Below, in pieces: positions 54,201 to 62,010 of a stretch of DNA of 64,000 bases. Where the stretch lies: the NCBI GenBank assembly GCA_964608505.1, contig CAZSOV010000005.1:4114-68113 (forward strand), read 5' to 3'. The first letter of the stretch is position 1, and every line of letters starts with the position of its first letter. This stretch comes from an uncultured Verrucomicrobiota bacterium. Lineage in GTDB: Bacteria; Verrucomicrobiota; Verrucomicrobiia; Limisphaerales; CAIMTB01. The notes beneath the pieces were generated by a model. That model was not told the DNA's origin and did no database searches. It was given only the letters and a program-made list of their open reading frames with translations. A program made the position numbers and the translations under genes.

Positions 54201-57200
54201 GCGTCACCGTACGCACCATCTCGTGCGGCGGCACGCCGTCCAGCACGCCGGCCAGCGCATAGTACCCCGCGGCGCCCGTCGGAAAATACTCGTACCGGGT
54301 GACCATGCCGTTCGGATCGGTCCACTCGACCAGGTTGTGCGCGTTCGGTCCGCCTTGCTCGGGGGTGTACACGTATCGGTCGGTGCGGGTCTCTGCCGCC
54401 GACGCCCCGACCCGCGTGACGTTCGTGAGATGACCGACGTCGTCGTAGGCGTACCGGATTTCGAGACCCAACAGATCGGGACTGCCCTGCCGGTTGAACC
54501 CGCGCAGGGCCACCATCCGGTCCGCGCCCGCGATCCTCCGGTACTCGAACCGGAACCCGCGCTTGGGCAGGCCCGTCGGGTCGAACTCGGTCACCGTGTC
54601 GAGCGTCTCGCGGTTGGCATCCCCGTCCTCGTACGCCAGGCGCAGCTCGTTCCCGTTGGGTTCGCGGACGGACTGCAACGGGAAGACGCGTCCGGACGAG
54701 GTGCCGCGGGAGCCGTCGACGAGGAAGTGGTAACGCACGGCGGATTTCGTGAAGTACCACGCCTCCGCCGGGCGTCCGGTGTCCCGCGCCAGCACGGAGT
54801 GGTAACCGACCTGGGCGCGGAAGAACTCCCAGCGCCCGCTGGCCGCGGGCAGGAAGCGCGCGTAACGCGCCTCGCGGACGGGGTCGGGGACGGGATCGAC
54901 GAACGCGTGTCCGGTTCCCTCGCCGCCGACCACGGTGAACACGCCGCAACGTTCCTCGAGACGTATGTGATGGTTGTGGGTCCAACCCGCGCCGAGCGGT
55001 CCCGCCGAACCGTTGCCACTGCTCGAGTACGTGCGCGAGAAGTCGAGGGCCAGCTTCCGGCCCGGCACCGCCACGTCCTGGCGCGCGTGGGTCAGGTGCC
55101 CGTCCCACAGGTCCACGCCCTGGATCACCGCGTGGCCGATGGGGAAGGAGTGGTTCATCTCCACCTCGTGCTCGATCATCCCGGACACCGTCAGCGTCCG
55201 GTCCGGAGCCAATCCCGCGAACCGCGTGCCGACCGCTTCCACCGGGAACTCGCCGGCGCGCGGCAGATGCGCCGCGTCCACCAGCACCCGGTGCGAACCC
55301 GCCGTGAACGCGACGTTGGTGAAGACCGGAATGGAACGTCCCAGTTCGTCCAGCCCGCCGGTCAACGGACGCCCGTCCAGGAGGATCGTGATCTCGGCGT
55401 CCGGGTTCACCTCGAACTCGAGCCACGCGCTTCCCGGGCACGCGCGCTGGTTGACCCGGTCCACCGTGGTCCGCACCACGACCGGCGTTTCCAGGTTCAA
55501 CGACGGCGACAGGACGGACACGGGGCGGGCGACGCTCGCGCCCAGTCGCACCGGGGCCGCGTTGGGCGGCGGGTTCGCGACCAGGGTGCCCAGGCCCGAA
55601 AAGGGCCCGAGCACCGGGTTCGGGGCCATGCTCTCCGGGATGCCCACGCGCACCCGGCTGCCCGCCCGCAGAACCACCTGGACCCCGCGCGCGGGTTGCA
55701 GGTCCGCCGCTCCGGACGCGTCGTCCGCCAGCGACAACGGTCCCGACACGTAGGCGTTGAACGCCGGGGACAGGGCGTCGTGGCTCAACCGGTGCAGCAC
55801 CACCGCATCGTCGAACGACGCGAGCAGCGAGTTCGTCCCGGCCGCCAGCGTGCCGTCCGGTCCCAGGCTCATGACCGCCAGCCGGATCGTGCTCCCGGCA
55901 CCGCCGGGCGCCTCCACCATCACGTGCCAGCGGAATGCCGGGTCCGTCGCGGGCAACGCCGCGTTCGTGCCCTGCCCGATGACCGGAAGTTGCGGCGGCT
56001 CGACCAGGGCCCGCAGCGCGGCGAAGCGCTCCTCGGGATCGATCACGGCCATCGCCTCCGCCGTCGCGCGGCCCGCGGGCAGCAGCCGCACCCAGGGCGC
56101 GCTCTGGCTCACGACGTTCAGGTTGCGCAGGCTGGCCGCGGTCACGCCGCTGCCCAGCACCGCGAACGGCGTCACCCCCGCGCCCGCCCCCGAGATGCGG
56201 CCCAGGATCGCCGGGTGCACCCCGGACGCCCCGACGGGCGCGAGCAGTTTCGCGACGTCCAGGAACACCAGGTCCATGCCCGACGGGCGCGCGAGGGAAA
56301 GCGCGACGCGACCGCGGTCATCCAGCTCGGCGCCCTGCAACAGACCGTACTCCGAGACGGGCAACGGAATCTCGCCCGCTTCCACGAGGAAGTCCGGGCG
56401 CGACGCGTCGATGATGCGCAGCGAATTGGTCGCGTTGTCCGCGCTGATGAGGTTCACGAGGACCAACCGCCGCAACGCCGAGGGCACCGGGAGCAGGCGC
56501 TTCGGGTACCATCCGGGGAACTCAAGCACGTAGCCGTTCGGGATGGCTGGTGGCAGCGCGGTGTCGGGCGATGCCCCTCCGATCACGTAGGCCCGCAGCG
56601 CCGCCGGACGGTTCCAGGTGTTCGTCCGCACCGGGCGCCAGTCCACTTCCATCACCTGATCGATCCCGGAGGTGGTCAGCAGCAGGGCCAGGGAGCCCGC
56701 CCCGTCCGCCACGGCGTCGGTGATGTACCGCCCCGAGCGCACGAGATGATACGCCCCCGCGTCGGTGGTCCGGTTCGGCGCCAGCGACAACACGGCCTCC
56801 TCGCCCACCACGAGTTCCAGCGTGTCCTGTCCCTGCACCGGCAATGCCTCGCCCGCGTCGACGAAGTCGCCGTCGAGGTTCAGGTCCCGTCCCGGCTGGT
56901 ACCGCGGTGGCAGGGTGTCGAGCACGTCCCGGGGCACCTCCCGATAGGCGTCACCGAGCAGGAGGGATTGGAGGTTGAGCACGTGGACCTGCGGCGCGAA
57001 CGCCGAGTTCTCGGTGAGCAGCAGGTAGGGAGCCGACCACGAGAGCCGCGTGAGCAGCGCCGTCTCGTCCATGCTGATCGGGCCCCCGGCCACGTGAGGC
57101 GCGACCGCGAAGTTCTCGCCGAGTTCGTAGACCCGGATGTAGCCCCAGGCCGCCCCCTGGGTCTGGCCCGCGACGACGATCAGGTCCCCGCGCTTCACGG

Positions 57201-60200
57201 CGCCCGGTCTCGAACCCGGCACCCCGGGTTGCTCGAAGGCGAGGGTGTATTGGTAATCGGGCACCAGCACCATCGCCCGTGCCGGACCCGGCAGCGCTCG
57301 GGCATCGAGCCGCACCGGGCGCGCCGGAATCGAGACGTCGTACCGGTTCAACGTCTGTTCCCTCCGATCCAGAACGTACGCGTACGCCCCCCGCACCGCC
57401 ACGCCGCCGCCCTCGGTCACGCCGGACAAGGCCCCCAGCACCGCCGGCGCCGTCCGGAACCGCAGCACGAACGGCTCGTTCGTCGGTGCCGACGTCGTCG
57501 GGTCCTGATCCAGATATTGTCCCGTCAAATCCTGCACCCCCGCCACGTTCAACACGTACTCGCGGCCGTTCTCGAGCGCGGGAAATCGCAAGGTGACCTC
57601 CCTCGGGTCCGCGAGCATCGACGCCTGCACCGGACCGCCCGCCGGACTCAGCGTCACGTATTGCGACGGGTTGCGCGCCAGGTCCGGACTCACCCATTCG
57701 CTGAACCGCAGCCGGAATTCCGCCAGCGGATCCACGCCCATCGCGCCTTCGTCCGGCTGGGAGTACAGCACGCGCGGCCCGAGCGGATCGTTGACCGGGG
57801 CCAGCGGCGCCGGCGGGTCCCCCACCCGCACCACGTGCAGCGTCTCCCCGGAATTGCCGAACGCATCCGTCGCCCGCGCCCGCAGCACGACCTTGGCCTT
57901 CGCGTTCGCGGTCACCTCCCACGCCCCCGGCAATCCCGCCACCAACGTCACCAACGCCGTCGCCGGTTCCACCGATTCCACCGTCAACGTCGAGCTCGCC
58001 GGCCCGCTCTCGTCCACCGCCTCCACCCGCACCCCGACCCGGTCGCCCGGCGCCGGTTGCACCGGACGATGCAGCACCGTGATCGACGGCGGCGTCGTGT
58101 CCGGGGTCGCCTCCCGGTTGAACCGGATCTTGCCGCCGCCGAACGGGTGGATGGGATCGAACCGCGTGCCCGCCGAGCTCGTCGCGAATTGCCGGGGAAA
58201 CGACGGATGCGTCGCCGTCAGGACGTGCCCCTGCCCCGGGCTTCCCTGCCCCGTCTGCTCCGGCACGAGAAACGCGAATCTTCCGTCCCCGCCGCTGGTC
58301 ACCACCAGTTCCCCGCCCTGCAGGCTGAACGGTCGCGAGTTCAACGCCGACAACGCCCGCGCCCGCACCACCGCTCCGCCCAGCGGCACGTCGGTGTCCG
58401 GATCAGCGTCCAGGCCGCCGCGGAACAACGCCGACGTGGTCTGCCCGATCAGCTCCGTGTTCGAGTAGTACACGTTGCCCACGAGCATCACCCGCGCCGC
58501 CGCCGGATCGACGAAGGCGTAGAAGCCCGCAAACAACGCCGCCGGCTCCCGCCGCCCCGCCAACGCCAACGACAGGGCCCGCGCCGCCCCACCCGCACCC
58601 GCACCCGCCGGTGTCAGCACCGACAAATACTCGTACACCGGCACCGTCCGCTCTGCCCCGTCCGCGAATTCCGTGATCTCGCGGAACGCCGTCGCCATGA
58701 GCGTCAGGTCGTCCAGCGTCCGCCCCGGCGGCGGCACCCACCGGCCCGGCTCCGGACGTACCTCAATCCGGACCTTCCCCTGCACCGCATCCCCCTCCAC
58801 CGCCAGATCGAACCCGCCGAACAACGTCGCGTCCTCCGGTGCCGTGCCCTGCGTCGCCGCACCCAGCTCCTCCGCGCGCAGCGGCGTCAGCCGGAAGCGC
58901 GTCCGCCCCAACACCGCCCCCGCCGGCACGTCCAACACGATCTGGAGATCGTCGTTCCGGTTGGTCACCCGCCCGCCCTCGCTGAACAACGCCACGCTCC
59001 CGTCCGGGAACAACTGGCGCCCCACCGGATACGTCGACCGCGTGCCGTCCGGATGCACGAGGACCACGCTCAACCGATCCCCCTCGTCCGCCGCCAGGCG
59101 CTGCGCGAAACTCCCGTCCGGCTCCGTGAAACCCGACGAGGTCCGACCGGTCGTCCCGTTCACGAACAGGATCGGCTGGCGCGGCAGGCCCATGCCCGGA
59201 CTTCCCCGCACCCACGCCTCCCCGTTCGCATCCGGCGCCTCGCTGACCAGTTGCGCCCCCGCCGCCCGCTCGAACTTCCGCGCCACCGTCGTGAACCCGA
59301 ACTCCCGCGCGCCGATCAACCGGTTCCCGCGCGCGTCCTCCACCGTCGCCCCCACCCGCACGACGTGCGCCGTCGCCTCGGCCAGTTCGTTCGACGCGAT
59401 CAACCGCGCGACCCGGCCCTCGTCCTCCCACTCCAACCGCGCCGGCACCGCGTTGGAACGCGCGTCCAGCAGTTCCACCCCGGGTCCGCCGCCCCCCACC
59501 CGCACCGCCTTGCTGAACCGGACCACGACCGGCGTCAGCAAGCCCACGTCCACCGCCCCCGCCGCCGGAACGACCTCCGCCACGAACGGAGCCGCCGCCG
59601 CCGTCGTCATTGCCACCGCCTCCGCCACCCGCGTGGCCGGCATCGTGAACGCGCGGCTCGCCGCCTCGCCCGTCACCGGATCCCGCGTCACCAGCATCCC
59701 GTCCCCCACCCCAGCGACCAATCGAAAGCCTCCCGCCGCGTCCGTCCGCGCGCCCCACGGCGTCCCCGCCACCCGCACCTCCGCGCCGCGCACCGCCGCC
59801 CCTGCCGCGTCCCGCAACGTCCCGGCCACGATCCCCACCCCCGAGGTCACCCGCACCAGCACGTACTGCCCGGAACGATCCACGCCCGACAACGCCGCCG
59901 CACCGTCCGTCGTCGACTCCGACACCGTGCCCCCGCCGACGGTCCACGCCGCGACCGGTTCCAGTCCGGTCTCCGCGCCCTCGTACCAGCGCCGGGCCAG
60001 CACGTAGTTCCCGTCCTGCGGCGCCGGATCGAAGCGCACGCGCCACCGGTCGCCCGGACCGCCCATGCCCGCCGCCAGCGCGAACGCCGCGACCCCGTCG
60101 CCCAAGGACGCCGCATTGGTTTCGAACCCCACCTCCACCGCGCGGCCCGGCTGATTCGCCGGCCCCTCCGTCGACACCACCAGGCCCGACACCTTCAGAT

Positions 60201-62010
60201 CGCCGCGCACCCCGCCCACCACCCCGCCCGCGAAGGCGGCCTCCGGCAGAATCTCCGCCGTGATCCGCGCCTCCTCCAACCGCGCCGCCCCCATCAACAG
60301 CCCCGGACGAAGGGGGAACTCCGCGAATGCGCTCGACGCGCCGTCCCGCCCGACCCGCCGACGCAACGTCAACGACGCCTCGTAGCCCATCGGCGCACGC
60401 ACGCTGCCGTCCGCCAGCCGGTACTCCTCCCGGACCCAGGCCCGCAACGCCGTCCCGCTCGGGATCGACCCCAGCCGGTTCGTCACCTCCAACTCCGCCA
60501 TGCCCCGGACCTCCACCACGTTGGTCGAGGCCACCACCGCGCCCGGCCGGACCCGACCCCAGGCCAGCCAACCGGAGACATCGACCACCCGCGCCGCGCG
60601 CTCCGGCAGCACCACCCCCGGCACGGGTATGGGCACGGCCACGGGGACCGCCCCCTGCGTCGCCGCGCCCTCCGCGTCCGCCGACACCACCGCATACGCG
60701 GCGGGTTCCGGCAGCGCGAACTCGATCCAGTCACTTTCCCGCGCCGAACCGTTTTCCACGACGCGCCACGCGAGGTTCGCGGCGTCGAACCGCGCCAGCA
60801 CCACCGGCGCGGGCGTCGCGGGAAACACGTCCTCCGTCCGCACCCCCACCCGTGTCCCCGCCGGCCATGCACCCGGCGCCTCGGCCCACCACGCGCGTTG
60901 CAGCGACCAACCCAGCGGCAGAGGGAACGGCAACGCCTGCGACTCCAGCACCGTCACCTCGACCCCCGACCCCGCCGCCGCGCCGCCCGCGAACGTGCCC
61001 GCGTCGACCCGCAACCGGTTCGTGATCTCGCGCCATCCCCCGCCCGTCGTCGGTCGTATCACCCATCCCGACCGTCGTGTCAGCCGGGGCGTGGACAACT
61101 TCACGACCTCCAACGCCTCGAGCCGCGCCGTCCGCCAGACCGGCAGGTACCCCTCTGCCTCGAATCGCCATCGGTATTCCCCGGGCTTCCCGCCCAGCGA
61201 CACCGCCCCCGCCTCCGGGTCGCTGGTCAGCGTCGCCGCGCCCGCCGGCAACAACGGCGTCACCCGCGCCCCGCCCATCGGACGACCCTCCCCGTCCAGC
61301 ACCCGCGTGAACGCCAGCGGCTCCTCCACCGGCCTCGTCCGCGCCGCCACGTAGACCCGCGTCGACAACACCGGCGCCTCGTTTCCGAGCCTGCCGAGCG
61401 TGATCGACCGCGCCCTCGTGGTTTCCCCCGGGGCCAGCACCCCGTCGCCCGTCCCGCCCGACAGATCCCAGAAGCGCGGTTCCTCCGCCGGACTCCCGGC
61501 CACGTTGTCCGCGTCCCCCGGACCGCTCGTGCCCCGTGACTCCGCCACCGCCAGCAGCAGCGCACCCGTCAACTCGCCCGCTCCGACGTTGGCCACCGTC
61601 ACCTCCGCCTGCCAGGCGCCCACGAACCGGCTCCACCGCATTCCCGCAAACCGCACCCTCACCTGGCCCGTCACGTCGTCGAACTCCGCCGTCCCGCCCG
61701 CCAACCGGAACGTCCGCGACCCCTCCGCCGCCCCCACCCCCAACCCCAACCCCAGCCACATCCACATCCACACCCACACCCCAACCCAAGCCCACCCTCG
61801 GACCAGCGACCCCCACGTTTGGAACTTTGAACTTGGATCTTGGAGCTTCCCCCACCCGTCATGGCACTCCGCCCCCCACCCTCGGTCAGCGCAACCCACC
61901 CCTTGGAACTTTGAGCTTTGATCTTGGAGCTTCCCCACCTCTCCCCACCCCGGACCCCACCCCCGACCTTCCACCCCTTGGAACTTTGAGCTTTGACCTT
62001 GGAGCTTCAT
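48214..62010 (-). CDS. Giant RHS/YD-repeat protein with teneurin-like layout and novel C-terminal payload (4598 aa from ATG 62010, or 4517 aa from ATG 61767)
   Basis: Dozens of YD repeats (YEYDGLDRV, HEYDALGRRV, HAYDALSRRE, FQYDRLHRLV ...) between about 49.6 and 55.1 kb. Shell start GVDLWDGHLTHARQDVAVPGRKLALDFSRTYSS...GAGWTHN. RHS core end FTGHYRDAETGLHYFGARYYDDEQGRFLGQD...YLYAFGNPLAWVDPTGY, then a 469-aa tail. N-terminal ~2200 aa of Ig-like, CarboxypepD_reg-like and beta-propeller-like units. The track ORF runs to 63219, but that 5' part is an R/G/A-rich shadow of the upstream gene. Confidence 0.9.
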   Translation of the reverse strand: MKLQGQSSKFQGVEGRGWGPGWGEVGKLQDQSSKFQGVGCADRGWGAECHDGWGKLQDPSSKFQTWGSLVRGWAWVGVWVWMWMWLGLGLGVGAAEGSRTFRLAGGTAEFDDVTGQVRVRFAGMRWSRFVGAWQAEVTVANVGAGELTGALLLAVAESRGTSGPGDADNVAGSPAEEPRFWDLSGGTGDGVLAPGETTRARSITLGRLGNEAPVLSTRVYVAARTRPVEEPLAFTRVLDGEGRPMGGARVTPLLPAGAATLTSDPEAGAVSLGGKPGEYRWRFEAEGYLPVWRTARLEALEVVKLSTPRLTRRSGWVIRPTTGGGWREITNRLRVDAGTFAGGAAAGSGVEVTVLESQALPFPLPLGWSLQRAWWAEAPGAWPAGTRVGVRTEDVFPATPAPVVLARFDAANLAWRVVENGSARESDWIEFALPEPAAYAVVSADAEGAATQGAVPVAVPIPVPGVVLPERAARVVDVSGWLAWGRVRPGAVVASTNVVEVRGMAELEVTNRLGSIPSGTALRAWVREEYRLADGSVRAPMGYEASLTLRRRVGRDGASSAFAEFPLRPGLLMGAARLEEARITAEILPEAAFAGGVVGGVRGDLKVSGLVVSTEGPANQPGRAVEVGFETNAASLGDGVAAFALAAGMGGPGDRWRVRFDPAPQDGNYVLARRWYEGAETGLEPVAAWTVGGGTVSESTTDGAAALSGVDRSGQYVLVRVTSGVGIVAGTLRDAAGAAVRGAEVRVAGTPWGARTDAAGGFRLVAGVGDGMLVTRDPVTGEAASRAFTMPATRVAEAVAMTTAAAAPFVAEVVPAAGAVDVGLLTPVVVRFSKAVRVGGGGPGVELLDARSNAVPARLEWEDEGRVARLIASNELAEATAHVVRVGATVEDARGNRLIGAREFGFTTVARKFERAAGAQLVSEAPDANGEAWVRGSPGMGLPRQPILFVNGTTGRTSSGFTEPDGSFAQRLAADEGDRLSVVLVHPDGTRSTYPVGRQLFPDGSVALFSEGGRVTNRNDDLQIVLDVPAGAVLGRTRFRLTPLRAEELGAATQGTAPEDATLFGGFDLAVEGDAVQGKVRIEVRPEPGRWVPPPGRTLDDLTLMATAFREITEFADGAERTVPVYEYLSVLTPAGAGAGGAARALSLALAGRREPAALFAGFYAFVDPAAARVMLVGNVYYSNTELIGQTTSALFRGGLDADPDTDVPLGGAVVRARALSALNSRPFSLQGGELVVTSGGDGRFAFLVPEQTGQGSPGQGHVLTATHPSFPRQFATSSAGTRFDPIHPFGGGKIRFNREATPDTTPPSITVLHRPVQPAPGDRVGVRVEAVDESGPASSTLTVESVEPATALVTLVAGLPGAWEVTANAKAKVVLRARATDAFGNSGETLHVVRVGDPPAPLAPVNDPLGPRVLYSQPDEGAMGVDPLAEFRLRFSEWVSPDLARNPSQYVTLSPAGGPVQASMLADPREVTLRFPALENGREYVLNVAGVQDLTGQYLDQDPTTSAPTNEPFVLRFRTAPAVLGALSGVTEGGGVAVRGAYAYVLDRREQTLNRYDVSIPARPVRLDARALPGPARAMVLVPDYQYTLAFEQPGVPGSRPGAVKRGDLIVVAGQTQGAAWGYIRVYELGENFAVAPHVAGGPISMDETALLTRLSWSAPYLLLTENSAFAPQVHVLNLQSLLLGDAYREVPRDVLDTLPPRYQPGRDLNLDGDFVDAGEALPVQGQDTLELVVGEEAVLSLAPNRTTDAGAYHLVRSGRYITDAVADGAGSLALLLTTSGIDQVMEVDWRPVRTNTWNRPAALRAYVIGGASPDTALPPAIPNGYVLEFPGWYPKRLLPVPSALRRLVLVNLISADNATNSLRIIDASRPDFLVEAGEIPLPVSEYGLLQGAELDDRGRVALSLARPSGMDLVFLDVAKLLAPVGASGVHPAILGRISGAGAGVTPFAVLGSGVTAASLRNLNVVSQSAPWVRLLPAGRATAEAMAVIDPEERFAALRALVEPPQLPVIGQGTNAALPATDPAFRWHVMVEAPGGAGSTIRLAVMSLGPDGTLAAGTNSLLASFDDAVVLHRLSHDALSPAFNAYVSGPLSLADDASGAADLQPARGVQVVLRAGSRVRVGIPESMAPNPVLGPFSGLGTLVANPPPNAAPVRLGASVARPVSVLSPSLNLETPVVVRTTVDRVNQRACPGSAWLEFEVNPDAEITILLDGRPLTGGLDELGRSIPVFTNVAFTAGSHRVLVDAAHLPRAGEFPVEAVGTRFAGLAPDRTLTVSGMIEHEVEMNHSFPIGHAVIQGVDLWDGHLTHARQDVAVPGRKLALDFSRTYSSSGNGSAGPLGAGWTHNHHIRLEERCGVFTVVGGEGTGHAFVDPVPDPVREARYARFLPAASGRWEFFRAQVGYHSVLARDTGRPAEAWYFTKSAVRYHFLVDGSRGTSSGRVFPLQSVREPNGNELRLAYEDGDANRETLDTVTEFDPTGLPKRGFRFEYRRIAGADRMVALRGFNRQGSPDLLGLEIRYAYDDVGHLTNVTRVGASAAETRTDRYVYTPEQGGPNAHNLVEWTDPNGMVTRYEYFPTGAAGYYALAGVLDGVPPHEMVRTVTRVGAARPGFEAAADAVTRFTYDFAGGTRRVSDPRAAAGVPDTVYVLNAYGATLRIEAPLGQTTTMEWATDHLDGSVRDEAGQPVRDVLLTRKVDAEGLETRFEYHDGRGNVTRETTRVAPGKTPVFDRTGAATTTSELVQVYHPVFNVPLSVVDAEGSTTTFAVDDATGNLVRSEDAAGNVTTFEYQPGGDVRVRRDPRGHETRFTRYDAYGNAEVVVDPEGNQVEQTYDERSRLRESRDTFTHHRRIEYDGLDRVISEVRLNDLSGLGGGPDARTGTSYLAGGLVRFQTNALGLVTAHEYDALGRRVRSVQRDVRQVDGSRVSYTNSWQHDVVGNVLRETDARGVTRTHAYDALSRRERTVVSGPHGGPGAGGGLVSAVTFDRVNNTLSEINRHGLTNRYEYDGFHRQSAHHLPVAGARLETRRDRIGNVLRSTDANGRATGFQYDRLHRLVRRTDPEGNATEFGYDAAGNRTLQHDHASGLVTTNAFDRIGRPTLAVLNGPGVPGYVTRTRYDDARNEIRVTNARGFASRVRKDGLDRLVEQVVAEGVLDLTNRMTHDAAGNVLEVVDARNGDVDLVHAYDELGRRLSTRWVATPDDQGRPVTEELAYDGAGQAVWRRDRRGFEHRATFDNLGRPRTQELRESVSGNGAWLVLAETVYDDAANAQDTYDAARNRARIEFDGLGRPRSVRDPVGRTLSTTYDGVNPTVRVDGRGQRTTTVYDGLNRPLVVREFDAAGVERSSITNVYRDSARRREMTDRNGRTTVVEVDALGRETGVWRSGGNLAARYGADPLRLSRTEYDGNSNLVRTEDGDGRVVTHEYDAADRRTASTEGAGTAVAATTRFEFDAVGNVVSAKDPRAHGAAHDVRHEYDARNRRIATSNALGETTRQHYDAANNVVERIDPRGGRTRYEYDELNALLAVDESARGTAADAGVTRFRYDATRNRVAQQDPDGNLVTREFDGLNRMTAVLQHAAPGTLGATANRGAGPGGNAATAFRWTYGYDGNGNPALLVDPRGQRIETSHDHLNRVVQRIYTGHAERTAGNPAEFQPLRIEWVRDGNGNELEIRETKQLGAAAVTERTVQAFDALDRLMERTRHDHDDVAGRRLGFRYDVAGNRTESTDADGRVTRYAYDDRNRLETVTLDAGTGAGALTVGYGWETDGLLRRVDYPGGVSASRAYDAADRLLSITNAAAGGGTVLSSFGYRYDANGNRLEQVEFNPGLGPVPETTRYGYDGLNRLTAVTNGAGASVRYTYAPNGNRLTERGTDFVTGQPMDRVFRYGALPGVTGTFDGMNALTRIEDLLSAARTITYRYDSNLNQVSREQDGIARRFRHDIRDRMIETGEAEAWTRFDYGADRMRVKKISAAGETRYLYDQAAVALEYGPAAAGHVTLRTYDQGGSLLAMGTPRAAGAAGLDRHFYLTDALGSTVHLTAASGAREAEYRYDAWGRLTASASTVANERQFTGHYRDAETGLHYFGARYYDDEQGRFLGQDAFPGEAGTPASLHRYLYAFGNPLAWVDPTGYANEKADAGGGKGGGGGGDDSIREDTGTKKGRSDKDVDPSLRNTVIDSETGEHYVPWWSDRKVIAEARKEAKEAAAQAIRELEQSLDRADKYNEAYLEWSVERGQAEARASMAKVKQLEALVATGGSGDKLQYFTDQLADMVATAGDDPGWAQAVAAGVVKAVGQYVGGALNVGSGLGTLSGKLAVEDTTGVAPSGWDYLAAGADVMQIGGTVGGALANVARASRVREARTAIQSVVSGSADRAEAARALLSPAGLVDDASRLGAVTGIADTWIGRTLRSDEVLTEVVPRVRFDGPILTHLFDPVTKVMSQAELVAAKALPDVAKILDLPERLMGSAMHRLQDIGVGVIGHAESLRLGKPLSAANPARILYDKIILVHDDLVAAAQNGADIAATGSKAEGTFRATDVLRRELIHEVADRAIRSFEKAGMSRPMFLNLEVEDVLLRRIATENPDLARRLGELIGTGKDLFR
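61818..62010 (-). repeat. Three copies of a ~33-nt A/T-richer motif (coding-strand consensus GAAGCTCCAAGRTCAAAGCTCAAAGTTCCAAGG) embedded in G-runs
   Basis: Copies at 61818-61850, 61901-61934 and 61976-62010 (plus-strand TTGGAACTTTGAGCTTTGATCTTGGAGCTTCC). Copy-to-copy spacing is 84 and 75 nt. The array lies between the stop of gene 62010..63194 and the hydrophobic N-terminus of the RHS protein. Confidence 0.85.

Noticed and set aside
35102-61539. Very long plus-strand ORFs opposite the giant genes (35102..40777 1891 aa, 43724..45154, 45524..48517 997 aa, 48385..61539 4384 aa) and alternative minus-strand frames (48248..55441 2397 aa, 46098..48242, 43923..45884).
   Set aside because: Their translations are dominated by R/G/P/A/H with almost no K/I/F/Y/N structure, and they have no recognisable motifs. 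The chosen frames carry hundreds of canonical YD, Ig-like and beta-helix repeats. These are typical stop-codon-poor shadow frames of GC-rich DNA.
61818-62010. CRISPR-like reading of the three ~33-nt repeats with ~42-51-nt spacers.
   Set aside because: There are only three imperfect copies. The spacers are G-rich low-complexity sequences similar to each other. No cas genes or leader are in the window. The array lies exactly at a gene junction and in frame with the downstream ORF.
61818-62010. Sigma-54 promoter reading of TTGGAAC-N-GCTTTG within each repeat.
   Set aside because: The GG-to-GC spacing is 8 nt rather than the canonical 10. The motif is also on the plus strand, whereas the flanking genes are transcribed on the minus strand.
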